The notes under the pieces are model-generated. The model made no database searches. It worked only from the letters and a program-made list of their open reading frames with translations, and was not told where the DNA came from. Shown piece after piece: positions 1 through 9,716 of a DNA stretch of 64,000 nt. The stretch's first letter is position 1, and each line of letters starts with the position of its first letter. Origin of the DNA: Candidatus Gottesmanbacteria bacterium RIFCSPLOWO2_01_FULL_42_22 (GTDB lineage Bacteria; Patescibacteriota; Microgenomatia; 2-02-FULL-39-11); the NCBI GenBank assembly GCA_001779315.1, contig MFJU01000001.1:6258-70257 (forward strand), written 5' to 3'. The translations under genes were made by a program, and so were the position numbers.

Positions 1-243
1 GATATATCGATGGGGGATAAAAACTGTATTTTTCGGAAACATCCCTCTGGTAGCCGGATCAGTCAATTGGCTGAAATGCCGTAAGGTGATCAGCTTGTCT
101 ATCAGATGACGGTAATAATGACTGTAGGTTCTTTCTCTGCCGGCCACAACCAGCGCCAGGGTTTCAAATTTTCCTTTTTTGGCCGCGGTGAAAATTTCCA
201 GGGCGCTGTGTCCGGCTAAAGTTGCAATAATCGGTTTAGTCAT
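1..243 (-). CDS. PurP-like ATP-grasp protein (second paralogue), 5' part only; runs off the window edge
   Basis: Manual translation from ATG 243: MTKPIIATLAGHSALEIFTAAKKGKFETLALVVAGRERTY...VFIPHRY, matching the PurP N-terminus (IATLxxHSAL...IPH) and the neighbouring paralogue. Confidence 0.8.
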   Translation of the reverse strand, partial: MTKPIIATLAGHSALEIFTAAKKGKFETLALVVAGRERTYSHYYRHLIDKLITLRHFSQLTDPATRGMFPKNTVFIPHRYI

Positions 244-252
244 AAATTAACT

Positions 253-1356
253 TCAGGCTTTAAGCTGTAAACTCCGGCTGTCATAAATGATATTCAAAGG
301 TGTAATGATCACCTGTTTTTTGCCTTTTTCGACGACACCCGCCTGGTAAGCTTTGATATCATGTTTAGCCGCTATCTGCAATACCGTCTCAGCATCCCCG
401 GAGGCAACGAAAACGGCAAAACCGGCACCCATATTAAAACTGCCATAAGCTTCTTTTGCTTCCAGAGGTCCTTTGGCCATCATGAATTTAAAGACTTCGG
501 GAACCGGCGGCAGACAGTTTATGCGGTAAGTCAGTTCTTTTTCACTACGCATGATTTTGCGCCAGCCATGCCCGGTAATATTGGCCAGATAATGGATATC
601 TATGCCATAGGCAAACAAGGCCTGCAGCAAGGTAGAATAAATTATCGTCGGCACCAGTAAGGCTTCGCCGTAATATTTCCCGTTTGCCATTTTCGTTTTA
701 TAGCCGTCGGGCAGTTTTCCGGCAATTTTCCGGGCCAGTGAAACGCCGTTTGACTGGATGCCTTTACTTTCCAGAAGAATTATGGCATCACCGGCCGAGA
801 GATTTTGACCTAAAACCAGCCTTTTTTTAGGTTTAATGATGCCGAAACAGGCTCCGGCTAAATCGATAGCCCCCTCTCTGACAATACCTTTAAGGACCGG
901 TGTTTCTCCGCCGCCCCAGGAAACTTCAGCTATATTACAGGCTAGCCTCCAGCCCTTAATAAAATCGGTTGTCCTTTTTTTATCAGCGAACCACTCTGAA
1001 CTGCCGGCAGCCCAATAAGCGACTAAGGCAGTCGGCCGGGCGCCGACGGTGATTAAATCATTTATAATATAAGCGACAGTATCCTGGGCAATCTGCTTAT
1101 AATAGCTTTGCCCTGTCAGTTTAGCCATCTCATCGGCCACCAGACTTTTGGTACCCAGACACTCCTCAACCAGAGCAAAAAAGCAATCGCTGTATTCCAT
1201 TACATATGCCGATTCTCCGCGGCTTGCGGAAATCTCCTGCATTTGGCTGAAGTGCAAATTCCTGGCTGTTTTTTTGCCTTCGGTCTGGGCCATAATTTTA
1301 AAGGGATCGATCAGCTGATAGACAACTCCTGATTGCTCGTAGGTGATTTTTTTCAT
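253..1356 (-). CDS. purM: Phosphoribosylformylglycinamidine cyclo-ligase (AIR synthetase)
   Basis: GLGTK-like motif, INDLITVGARP, GGETP, ITGHG, FNMGAG; pur operon context. Confidence 0.93.
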   Translation of the reverse strand: MKKITYEQSGVVYQLIDPFKIMAQTEGKKTARNLHFSQMQEISASRGESAYVMEYSDCFFALVEECLGTKSLVADEMAKLTGQSYYKQIAQDTVAYIINDLITVGARPTALVAYWAAGSSEWFADKKRTTDFIKGWRLACNIAEVSWGGGETPVLKGIVREGAIDLAGACFGIIKPKKRLVLGQNLSAGDAIILLESKGIQSNGVSLARKIAGKLPDGYKTKMANGKYYGEALLVPTIIYSTLLQALFAYGIDIHYLANITGHGWRKIMRSEKELTYRINCLPPVPEVFKFMMAKGPLEAKEAYGSFNMGAGFAVFVASGDAETVLQIAAKHDIKAYQAGVVEKGKKQVIITPLNIIYDSRSLQLKA

Positions 1357-2366
1357 GTTAAAATTACAGCCAGTTTTCTTTGCTTTATGGCCTGTTTGAT
1401 CTCCCGGGCAATCCTTCGGCCGACGCTCATAGGTATATCATATAGCAAATCCATGTATGGCGAACCTTTGATATAAAGATTGGTTCCGGCCACAATCCGG
1501 CAGGAGATTTCGATGGTATAGATGGTGGAATCACGGGTTATAATGGTTTCCAGGCAAAACGGGCCGAACAGTCCTTTCGGTGCAGCCATGATTTTTGAAC
1601 TGTTAACTATCTGTTGCCCCATTTCATAGATCTGAGGCAGTAAAGATTCGCGTAAAACAATCGGGAAATTGCCGATGACCGTGTAATCCGGTTCGGGTTT
1701 CAGATCCAATTGAAATTCTGCCGGCAAGCGTCCCAAACCGTCCACATCTGATTCGTAACGGCGGTCAACACCGGTAATTTCCAGTTTTCTGCTTAAAGCT
1801 GAGTAAAAATATTGGATATAAACGGGTATTCCTATGATATACTCTTGGATTAAATATTTTCCAGGTTCCAACTGTTTTTCCTTTAATTGCCGCTTTAAAA
1901 CCGCTTTATCTTTAGCTAAAAAATAACCCGAACCGCCCCGGGCTCCAAAAGTTTTAACGATAACCGGCCGGTCGACATTATTAGGACTTAAAAAAGTTAG
2001 TGGCAATTTCAGACCGGCGCTGTCCAGCATTTTTTTTTGCAATAACCTATTCCCTTCTATTTCTAAAACCTTTTTATTGCCGAAATACTTAAATTTTGTC
2101 TGCCGGTTAAAATCCTTGCCCAAATAAGCAACAAACGAACCGTGCGGAATCATGATGACAAATGAATTGGCCAACTTTTTTTCCAAACCGATTAGTTCCC
2201 GGTAATTTCCAAGAGTCACCAGTTTATCAATGAACTGGAAATTCCGGTAAAATTGCTCATTTTTATTAATGCAAAAGGCCAGAGTCCGAAAACCTTCATC
2301 CTTGGCTCCTTTAAGTATCTGCAGACTGGTGTGGGAAGCCAGTGTGGCGATGCTAAAATTTTTCAT
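1353..2366 (-). CDS. purP: Formate-dependent FAICAR synthetase (archaeal-type PurP, ATP-grasp)
   Basis: IATLASHTSLQILKGAKDEGF, IPHGSF, GVDRRYES, GNFPIVLRESLL, GPFCLE, EISCRIVAGTN. Confidence 0.88.
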   Translation of the reverse strand: MKNFSIATLASHTSLQILKGAKDEGFRTLAFCINKNEQFYRNFQFIDKLVTLGNYRELIGLEKKLANSFVIMIPHGSFVAYLGKDFNRQTKFKYFGNKKVLEIEGNRLLQKKMLDSAGLKLPLTFLSPNNVDRPVIVKTFGARGGSGYFLAKDKAVLKRQLKEKQLEPGKYLIQEYIIGIPVYIQYFYSALSRKLEITGVDRRYESDVDGLGRLPAEFQLDLKPEPDYTVIGNFPIVLRESLLPQIYEMGQQIVNSSKIMAAPKGLFGPFCLETIITRDSTIYTIEISCRIVAGTNLYIKGSPYMDLLYDIPMSVGRRIAREIKQAIKQRKLAVILT

Positions 2367-3241
2367 AATTCAGATAAATAATCGATTCCCAAAAAATTAA
2401 AAATACCGTCTAAATTAGCCAATACTTCTTTTTGGCCGTCCTCGAATAATATTATCGTATGTATAGAAAACATCGGCAATTTCGGCTCATTTTCTGAAAT
2501 AAATCTCGGTTCAAAAGTAAATCCGCAGTTATCGTTTATAACAAAATCACTTTCGCTGTTTATAAATTCTCGAGCTTTGCTGATGACGCTGTTGATCTTT
2601 TCTTCCTCGCCGCTGGCTATTTTTCTCTGTTGATCCTCATTTGGTTCTTTATTAAGAAATGGAATGGAATGGCCGAGATTGGGTTTAGTCATGTCTGTTG
2701 TCGAAACGATATAATTATAGTATCCCCCGGTCTTCATTAATTCGCTAGATTGGATGTATAGGTCTTTAAATGAAATTCCTGGCCGGATTTTGCCTGTTAA
2801 CTGTTTTAAAATTTCCGAACAAAGGCGGTAATGATCTTTTATCCGCGGGTCTTTACCCAGATAAAAAGTGAATCCGAAATCAGCGATCAAAGGAGTATCT
2901 TCAAGAAAAAAATACGGTGAGGAAAAAAGATATCCCCAGCCCTGATTATCCAAATAAACATCGGTTTTCGGCCAAAAAGTCTTTTCGCGCAGATTAGAAT
3001 ATTTAGCTCTATCCGGTTGACTTCGCCCGGCAAAAAGGGCAACTGTACCGAATGGCGGAGGTTCATACCAATAACCGTGTACCTGGCCCGATTTTTCCAG
3101 GTAAGTATGCCAAATATTGACGAATTTGAATTCAGAAACCTTTTTTTTACTTTTAAAGGCTCTTTGCAGGCTCAACAAGCAGCTTTGGGCAGCCGCTAAT
3201 CTGGTCTGCCTGACTATCAGGGCTTTATCTTTAAATTTCAT
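2363..3241 (-). CDS. M24 (pita-bread) fold protein with degenerate metal site, function unknown
   Basis: ADFGFTF, LGHSI, FTFEP and HTIILFEDG-x-EVL resemble MetAP/aminopeptidase P motifs; ATGA overlaps with purD and purP support start 3241. Confidence 0.6.
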   Translation of the reverse strand: MKFKDKALIVRQTRLAAAQSCLLSLQRAFKSKKKVSEFKFVNIWHTYLEKSGQVHGYWYEPPPFGTVALFAGRSQPDRAKYSNLREKTFWPKTDVYLDNQGWGYLFSSPYFFLEDTPLIADFGFTFYLGKDPRIKDHYRLCSEILKQLTGKIRPGISFKDLYIQSSELMKTGGYYNYIVSTTDMTKPNLGHSIPFLNKEPNEDQQRKIASGEEEKINSVISKAREFINSESDFVINDNCGFTFEPRFISENEPKLPMFSIHTIILFEDGQKEVLANLDGIFNFLGIDYLSEL

Positions 3242-4530
3242 TTTAAATTTTTCCAAAGGGATGCCTCCAGGCCTTTTTGGGCGATGTCCTTACGGTAGCG
3301 CATGTTTTTGAAATGAATAACATCTTTGCCGATTTGACTGTAAACCAGTTTAATAGCTTCTTCTAAAGTTTCTCCCCGGGCGCAAACTGCCAGCACCCGG
3401 CCGCTGCCGGCAGTTATTTTATCAGCCTGTTTTTTGACACCGGCCAGAAAAATGTTTATTAATTTATTCATATTTTCAGGGATATTGATTTCCATGCCGG
3501 AAACATATTTTCCCGGATAACCTTTGGCCGTTAAAATTACGCAAACCGCTGAACCCCTCTTCCAGGTTATTTTAAGTTTGCCGACTGCTTTGCGCTGGAT
3601 TGCCGTTAGGATATCCATTAAATCCGTTTTCAGAAGCTGCATCAAAGGTTGGGTTTCCGGATCGCCGAAACGGCAATTGTATTCCAGGACAAACGGTCCT
3701 TTTTCGGTCAGGATCAATCCCGGATAGAGAATGCCCTGATAAGGATTGCCTTCCTTGCCCATCGCCGCGATTGTCGGTGCAATGATCGACTTTTCGATTA
3801 ACTTAATCATTTCATCTGTTAAAAAAGGAACAGGCGCATAGGCGCCGATGCCGCCGGTATTAGAGCCGCGGTCCCCATCCCTGGCTCTTTTATGGTCCTG
3901 TGAAGGCAGGAGAGTCACGAAATCGGTTCCATCCGTCACGGCCATAAATGAAACTTCCTGACCGATCAGACATTCTTCGATTATGACCCGGGCTGCTGCT
4001 CTACCGAATAATTTGTTTTTCATCAGCTTAGTCAGAAACTCATTGGCTTTTGCATAGGTTCTGCAGACTGCCACTCCTTTGCCCAAACACTGTCCGTCAG
4101 CTTTGATGACCAGAGGATAAAGTTGTTTCCGGGCATAAGCCCTGGCTTTGGACAGACTCTTAAAAACAGAAAATTTGGCAGTCGGGATTGCGTATTTTTT
4201 CATCAGTTTTTTTGCGAAAACTTTCGAACCTTCCAGCCGGGCTGCTTTCGCGGAAGGTCCGATGACAGTCAGTTTGTTTTGGCGGAATAGATCAGCCAGA
4301 CCGGCGATCAACGGAGCTTCGGGACCTACTAATGTCAGATCAATCCGTTTATCTTTGGCAAATTCCAGAATCTGCCTGTATTTATGTATGGGAATATTGA
4401 CATTGGTGGCCAGGGAAGCCGTACCGGCATTACCCGGCAGACAAAAAAGTTGACTGATCCGCCGGGATTGGGCAAGTTTCCAAACCAAAGCATGTTCCCG
4501 ACCCCCGGAACCGATGACTAATACTTTCAT
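3238..4530 (-). CDS. purD: Phosphoribosylamine-glycine ligase
   Basis: MKVLVIGSGGREHAL, LEGSKVFAK, QDHKR, EYNCRFGDPETQ. Confidence 0.97.
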   Translation of the reverse strand: MKVLVIGSGGREHALVWKLAQSRRISQLFCLPGNAGTASLATNVNIPIHKYRQILEFAKDKRIDLTLVGPEAPLIAGLADLFRQNKLTVIGPSAKAARLEGSKVFAKKLMKKYAIPTAKFSVFKSLSKARAYARKQLYPLVIKADGQCLGKGVAVCRTYAKANEFLTKLMKNKLFGRAAARVIIEECLIGQEVSFMAVTDGTDFVTLLPSQDHKRARDGDRGSNTGGIGAYAPVPFLTDEMIKLIEKSIIAPTIAAMGKEGNPYQGILYPGLILTEKGPFVLEYNCRFGDPETQPLMQLLKTDLMDILTAIQRKAVGKLKITWKRGSAVCVILTAKGYPGKYVSGMEINIPENMNKLINIFLAGVKKQADKITAGSGRVLAVCARGETLEEAIKLVYSQIGKDVIHFKNMRYRKDIAQKGLEASLWKNLK

Positions 4531-4536
4531 AATTTC

Positions 4537-5256
4537 CTAACCTGACGGATATAGACAGACGGCTGCTTCTTTTGCCCGCTTTAAGACAGCTAAATTTTTT
4601 TTATCAACCAGGGCTTTTGTTCTCCTCAGGATTTTCAGTTTATTTTTAGTAAATAGTTTTAAGATTTCTATCTGTAATTTATGCTCCAACGGCAATACTT
4701 TAGCCTGCAAGGATTCAACGGTCTCGTTTTGACTGATAGTGATTTTGCTGCGTCCGACAATTTCTCCCCGGTCATATTGTTCATTGACCAAATGGCAGGT
4801 TGCTTCTGTCCAAAAATCTTTTTTGGTTATTCTTCTGTATAAAATTACCGCTGCATGCACCCGCCTGCCATACATTCCCCTGCCGCCGAAATCGGCTCGC
4901 GGCGGATCCAAGGGCCCTGGATGCTGATTGGTTATGCAGCCTTTATATTCACTGATTAAATTTGGAGGCGTCAGCGGCAACCAGCCGAATTGTCCGATAA
5001 TATCAATATCTCGCTTTTGGCATTCGCAAATCAATTTCGCTCCAAAAGATTGGTGTGTTGCAAAACGCAGCGGATCAACGATTATGACATCCTTTTTCTC
5101 CATGCCCAATTTATGTGCTTTTTCGATACCTCCAATTCCCCTTTTACTGGCCACCACTAATGACGGCGACATCTTTAAGATCCTTTTTCGGCAGGCGACA
5201 ATGACGGCCTCGGCAGTCGAGCCACCACCGGAAATAAATAACGCTAACTTAAGCAT
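4537..5256 (-). CDS. purN: Phosphoribosylglycinamide formyltransferase
   Basis: FISGGGS, NQHPGPL, FGGRGMYG, HLVNEQYDRG. Confidence 0.9.
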   Translation of the reverse strand: MLKLALFISGGGSTAEAVIVACRKRILKMSPSLVVASKRGIGGIEKAHKLGMEKKDVIIVDPLRFATHQSFGAKLICECQKRDIDIIGQFGWLPLTPPNLISEYKGCITNQHPGPLDPPRADFGGRGMYGRRVHAAVILYRRITKKDFWTEATCHLVNEQYDRGEIVGRSKITISQNETVESLQAKVLPLEHKLQIEILKLFTKNKLKILRRTKALVDKKNLAVLKRAKEAAVCLYPSG

Positions 5257-5259
5257 GCG

Positions 5260-6600
5260 TTAGTCCCAGGCAAAAATGGGGAATTTAAAAGCCATTTGTT
5301 TAACTTCTTTCCCAATGGTTGCCAATTTTTTATTCTTCCAGACTTCGGCTTTTACCTTCTTAATAAACTGCGCTCTTATTTCTTTCTGCTCGGGTAATCG
5401 ATAATGTTCCACTTCCGCGATAACTTTGGTAATCCAGCCGGCGATCTTTTTCATCTCGTTCTCTTTTAATCCGCGGGTCGTCACAATCGGCGTCCCCAAC
5501 CTGACGCCTGAGGGATACATCGGTGGATTCTGGTCATGCGGCACGGTATTGTAATTAACCACAATATTAACCACTTCCAAAGCTTCGGCGACGATGTTAC
5601 CGATTACTTTATTCGGACGCAGATCCATCACAATCAGATGGCTGTCGGTACCGTCTGTCGTTAATTTAATGCCGCTTTTAATAAGAGTATCAGCCAATAC
5701 CTTGGCGTTCTTGACTATTTGTTGGGCATATTTTTTAAACTTAGGCGAAGCGGCTTCTTTGAAACAAACGGCCATGGCCGCTGTCACATTGTCATGCGGA
5801 CCACCCGAAAGTCCCGGAAAAACCGCGCGGTCTATTTTTTTGCCCATTTCGGCATCGCGTATTAATCCTTTATGCGTAACCATCAGAACGGCTCCTCTAG
5901 GGCCGCGGATCGTTTTATGCGTTGTAAACATCACCACGTCAGCATACGGTACTGGTGAAGGATAAGCGCCACCGGCAACTAACCCGGCAACATGGGCGAT
6001 ATCAGTTAATAAAATCGCATTAATGCTGTCAGCAATTTGGCGCCATTTTTTCCAATTAAATAATCTTGGGTACGCCGTCGTTCCCACTACCAGCATTTTA
6101 GGCTTCTCCTTTTTAGCCAAATCGGAAATTTTATCCATATCCAGCCAGCCGTCAGGTTCAACGTTAAATTGAACAGAATTAAAATATTTGCCGGAAAAAG
6201 TAACCCCCGGATGACCATGTGTCAGGTGGCCTCCGCCTGATAATTTTAATCCCATAATTTTGTCTCCAGGATTCAACAAAGCAAAGTAAACCGCCGTATT
6301 TGCCGGTGAACCCGAATAAGGCTGGACGTTAACATGAGGAACATCAAACAGTTTTTTGCAGCGCTCGATAGCCAATGTTTCAATTTCATCAATGTATCGA
6401 TTTCCTTGATAATAACGGTGATACGGATAACCTTCGGAATACTTATTAGTCAGAACCGATCCTAGCGCCTCTAATACAGCTTGAGAGACATAATTTTCTG
6501 ACGGGATCATTTCCAGCACATCCTTTTGCCGGCGTTCTTCCTGAAGCATATAACTGTATAATTCTTTGTCATATTTGCCGATATTAATATAATTTTTCAT
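5260..6600 (-). CDS. glyA: Serine hydroxymethyltransferase
   Basis: IPSEN, NKYSEGYP, GGHLTHG, TTHKTIRGPRG; GGAGGT SD upstream. Confidence 0.97.
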   Translation of the reverse strand: MKNYINIGKYDKELYSYMLQEERRQKDVLEMIPSENYVSQAVLEALGSVLTNKYSEGYPYHRYYQGNRYIDEIETLAIERCKKLFDVPHVNVQPYSGSPANTAVYFALLNPGDKIMGLKLSGGGHLTHGHPGVTFSGKYFNSVQFNVEPDGWLDMDKISDLAKKEKPKMLVVGTTAYPRLFNWKKWRQIADSINAILLTDIAHVAGLVAGGAYPSPVPYADVVMFTTHKTIRGPRGAVLMVTHKGLIRDAEMGKKIDRAVFPGLSGGPHDNVTAAMAVCFKEAASPKFKKYAQQIVKNAKVLADTLIKSGIKLTTDGTDSHLIVMDLRPNKVIGNIVAEALEVVNIVVNYNTVPHDQNPPMYPSGVRLGTPIVTTRGLKENEMKKIAGWITKVIAEVEHYRLPEQKEIRAQFIKKVKAEVWKNKKLATIGKEVKQMAFKFPIFAWD

Positions 6601-6687
6601 AAAATTACCTCCATATTAACTTAATAAATTTAACACCTTACATGAATTTAAGATATCTAGATCATAGTTGAATAACTGAAATGTATC

Positions 6688-8109
6688 TTAACTTGCTGTA
6701 TTTTCCAATATATTTTTGCGGAAATTGTGTTTAACAGGTAAAGGATAGCGTCCGGAAAAGCAGGCAGTACAAAGGCTATCTTGTTTTTGGGCGGATGCTT
6801 CAATTAAGCCTGAAAGACTTAAATATTTCAGCGAATCCGCTTTAATGAATTCCCTGATTTGGGCGACGCTTTTTTTAGCGGCAATCAAATCATGGCGGTT
6901 AGGGGTATCCACGCCAAAATAGCACGGCCAGCGGACCGGCGGCGAACAGATCCTGAGATGAATTTCGCGGGCACCGCTTTTCTTCAGCATTTCGACAATC
7001 TTTTTCATGGTCGTTCCCCGGACAATCGAGTCATCAACCAATACTACCCGCTTACCGGCGATAATTTTTGTTAAAACATTAAATTTTATCTGTACCCCCA
7101 GCTCCCGGATATGCTGTTCCGGCTGGATAAAAGTCCGGCCGATATAACGGTTCTTAATGAGAACCTCACCGTACGGAATCCCCAATTCGGAAGCAAAACC
7201 GATGGCCGCTGAAGTACCGGAATCAGGTATGGCAGCTACTAAATCCGCTTTAATAGGCGCTTCCTTTGCCAGCAGCTGGCCACTTCTGAAGCGGACGCTG
7301 TGAACTAGTTGTTGATTCAATAAACTGTCAGGCCTGGCCAGATATACGTATTCAAACAGGCAAAATTTCTTTGAGGCACCGGCAGCTTTAATTTTTCCCA
7401 AATTGACAATGCCGTTGCGGTTAATTTCAATCACTTCACCCGGCTCAACTTCTCTTATAAAATCAGCACCGATAGTTTCCAAAGCACAGCTTTCTGATGC
7501 CACTACATGGTAACCGTTAAGTTTCCCCAAAACCAGAGGCCGGAATCCCCAGGGATCACGAAAGGCATAAAGCCGCTTTTTGGAACAGGCTACAATTGAA
7601 TATGCGCCCTTAAATAAAGGAGCAGCGTTGATTATTTTTTCATTCCATTTCTCGCCGGAGGCGTAATAGATGGTATAAGCCAATACCTCCGTGTCACTGG
7701 TGGATATTCTTTTGACATTAGTTAATTTTTTAGCTAATTCTTCGGAATTTATAATATTGCCATTATGGGACACGGCGAAAACTTTATGCTTCAACGATAA
7801 AATGACGGGTTGGGTATTTTCTTTGGTATTGCCGCCGGTGGTTGAATAACGGTTGTGACCGATGGCGATAAATCCCTTAAGCTTGCTTAGGTTTTGCTCG
7901 TTAAAGACGGAAGTGACCAACCCCAGGTTTCTGATGCTTCTCAGCTTAATGCCGTCGGAAACAGCTATGCCGGCACCTTCCTGCCCGCGGTGCTGCAAGG
8001 AGTGCAAAGCAAAATAGGCTATTTTGGCGACGTCTTCACCCGGAGCATAAATACCGAAAACTCCGCATTTATCGCGGATAGCATCTTTCGGATCGGAGGA
8101 TGAAATCAT
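6688..8109 (-). CDS. purF: Amidophosphoribosyltransferase
   Basis: Propeptide then CGVFG, LQHRGQE, VDDSIVRGTT, Fe-S cysteines CTACF. Confidence 0.97.
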   Translation of the reverse strand: MISSSDPKDAIRDKCGVFGIYAPGEDVAKIAYFALHSLQHRGQEGAGIAVSDGIKLRSIRNLGLVTSVFNEQNLSKLKGFIAIGHNRYSTTGGNTKENTQPVILSLKHKVFAVSHNGNIINSEELAKKLTNVKRISTSDTEVLAYTIYYASGEKWNEKIINAAPLFKGAYSIVACSKKRLYAFRDPWGFRPLVLGKLNGYHVVASESCALETIGADFIREVEPGEVIEINRNGIVNLGKIKAAGASKKFCLFEYVYLARPDSLLNQQLVHSVRFRSGQLLAKEAPIKADLVAAIPDSGTSAAIGFASELGIPYGEVLIKNRYIGRTFIQPEQHIRELGVQIKFNVLTKIIAGKRVVLVDDSIVRGTTMKKIVEMLKKSGAREIHLRICSPPVRWPCYFGVDTPNRHDLIAAKKSVAQIREFIKADSLKYLSLSGLIEASAQKQDSLCTACFSGRYPLPVKHNFRKNILENTAS

Positions 8110-8112
8110 TTT

Positions 8113-8571
8113 TTACTGATTTATCTTTAAAACTTCTTTTTTCATCTGATTTTGAAAAGTAACTATTTTATTTTTTAAGCGTTTGTTTTGCAACGCCAGC
8201 ATTTTAACCGCGGCAAGGGAAGCCTGATCTGCTTCCAAGACAGTCAAAGCCGCGATACCCGAGGGCATTCTCAGACTTGAAAGAATATCCAATCCGGCAA
8301 AAGCTGCGCTTTTCGGCGGACAATTGATAACCGGATAGACGGTGTGAGCATCGACAAAACCGCCCAAAGCATTACTCCGGCCGGCGACACAGATATAGAT
8401 TAGAGGTTTCTGTTTTTTTTCATAACTGTCCAGAATTTTCAGTAAATATTCTGGAGTTTTATGGGCCGAAGCGATGTGCACTTTAAAAGGGACCAGGAAC
8501 TTTTCCAGGTTTCTCGCAATCTCTTTATAGGTTTCCGCATCACGCTCTGAACCGGCAATTATAACTATCAT
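8113..8571 (-). CDS. purE: AIR carboxylase, class II-type PurE
   Basis: SAHKTP, VAGRSNAL, YPVINCPP, SSLRMPSG. Confidence 0.9.
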   Translation of the reverse strand: MIVIIAGSERDAETYKEIARNLEKFLVPFKVHIASAHKTPEYLLKILDSYEKKQKPLIYICVAGRSNALGGFVDAHTVYPVINCPPKSAAFAGLDILSSLRMPSGIAALTVLEADQASLAAVKMLALQNKRLKNKIVTFQNQMKKEVLKINQ

Positions 8572-9545
8572 TTGTAGGGAAGGCGAAAATATTTTTCCAT
8601 ATTTTTGTTTATTTCTTCAAGTACCGGATATTTTCTGGCAATAAATTTTTTTCCGGTGATCATCTCAAAAATGGCGATATATCTTCTAGCAGTTTTAACG
8701 ATTAAATCCTCAGTCATTTTCGGCGGTTCACCGTCTCCGATATATCCCTTGTGAGCATACCAAAGCCGCAAAAATTCTTTGTCAAAATTTTCCGGTTCCT
8801 GACCTTCTTTTAATCTTTTAAGGTAAGTCTCCTTTTTCCAAAAACGGCTGGAATCAGGCGTATGGATTTCATCAATCAGCATCAGTTTCCCTTTGTAATC
8901 GGCAAATTCATACTTGGTATCGACTAGTATAATGCCGGCACGGCTGCAAATTTTGCTTCCTCTTTCAAATAAGGCCAAAGCCGCCTGCTTCATTTGCTTC
9001 CAGTCTTTCGCTTTAATTATCTTTTTAGCCAAAATTTCTTTTTCCGTCAGTTTCCGGTCGTGCTGGCCGTGTTCGGCTTTGGTGGTAGGAGTTATGATCG
9101 GATGGGGCAATTTTTGATTTTTCTTCATCCCGTCCGGAAACTTGATGCCGTAGATGATCCTTTCTCCGTTTTCGTAAGCTTTCCAGATAGAAGTTGAGGT
9201 TACTCCGCTTAAATATCCCCTGACAACCATTTCCACTGGATAGGCTTGGGCTTCGATGGCGACGGTCACATTGGAATCCGGAAAAGCCAGGGCATGATTT
9301 GTCACAATATCTCTGGTTTTGTCAAACCAGAAAGCGGACAACTCATTTAAGACCTGGCCTTTAAACGGTATATAGCCCAATACTCTGTCAAAAGCGGAAA
9401 TACGGTCGGTGGTGATGAGGATTCTCCGCTGGCCGACCCGGTAGATATCCCTGACTTTACCCTGCTCTTTTGATTTTAAAGAGGGGAGATCGACTTTTTT
9501 TAAAACAAATTTTAAAGTTTTTCTTATGGTTTGTTCCGTCAGCAT
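8568..9545 (-). CDS. purC: SAICAR synthetase
   Basis: GKVRDIY, TDRISAFD, LVDTKYEF, DEIHTPDSSRFW, DKEFLR. Confidence 0.96.
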   Translation of the reverse strand: MLTEQTIRKTLKFVLKKVDLPSLKSKEQGKVRDIYRVGQRRILITTDRISAFDRVLGYIPFKGQVLNELSAFWFDKTRDIVTNHALAFPDSNVTVAIEAQAYPVEMVVRGYLSGVTSTSIWKAYENGERIIYGIKFPDGMKKNQKLPHPIITPTTKAEHGQHDRKLTEKEILAKKIIKAKDWKQMKQAALALFERGSKICSRAGIILVDTKYEFADYKGKLMLIDEIHTPDSSRFWKKETYLKRLKEGQEPENFDKEFLRLWYAHKGYIGDGEPPKMTEDLIVKTARRYIAIFEMITGKKFIARKYPVLEEINKNMEKYFRLPYK

Positions 9546-9615
9546 GATATACCTTTTTTAAACTTTTCCCATCTAAAAATCAATAATGAAGATTGCTCTG
9601 ATAATTTTTAATGAA

Positions 9616-9716
9616 ATAATTAAAGGGTGAATCCAGATTTTTCGCGCACAGGCGGACCCCGCCCCGAAGGGGAAGGGATCCGAGCACGAAAAATTTCGGA
9701 TGAACCCTTAAATTAT
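9616..9716. repeat. ~100 bp GC-cored long imperfect inverted repeat between purQ and purC
   Basis: ATAATTAAAGGGT...ACCCTTAAATTAT ends, nested ATTTTTCG/CGAAAAAT and CGGAcCCC/GGGATCCG stems, CCC-TTCG-GGG tip on minus strand. Confidence 0.65.

Noticed and set aside
9546-9712. ZTP, PRPP or guanine riboswitch upstream of purC
   Set aside because: Conserved aptamer sequences were not recognisable; kept only as an unexplained inverted repeat
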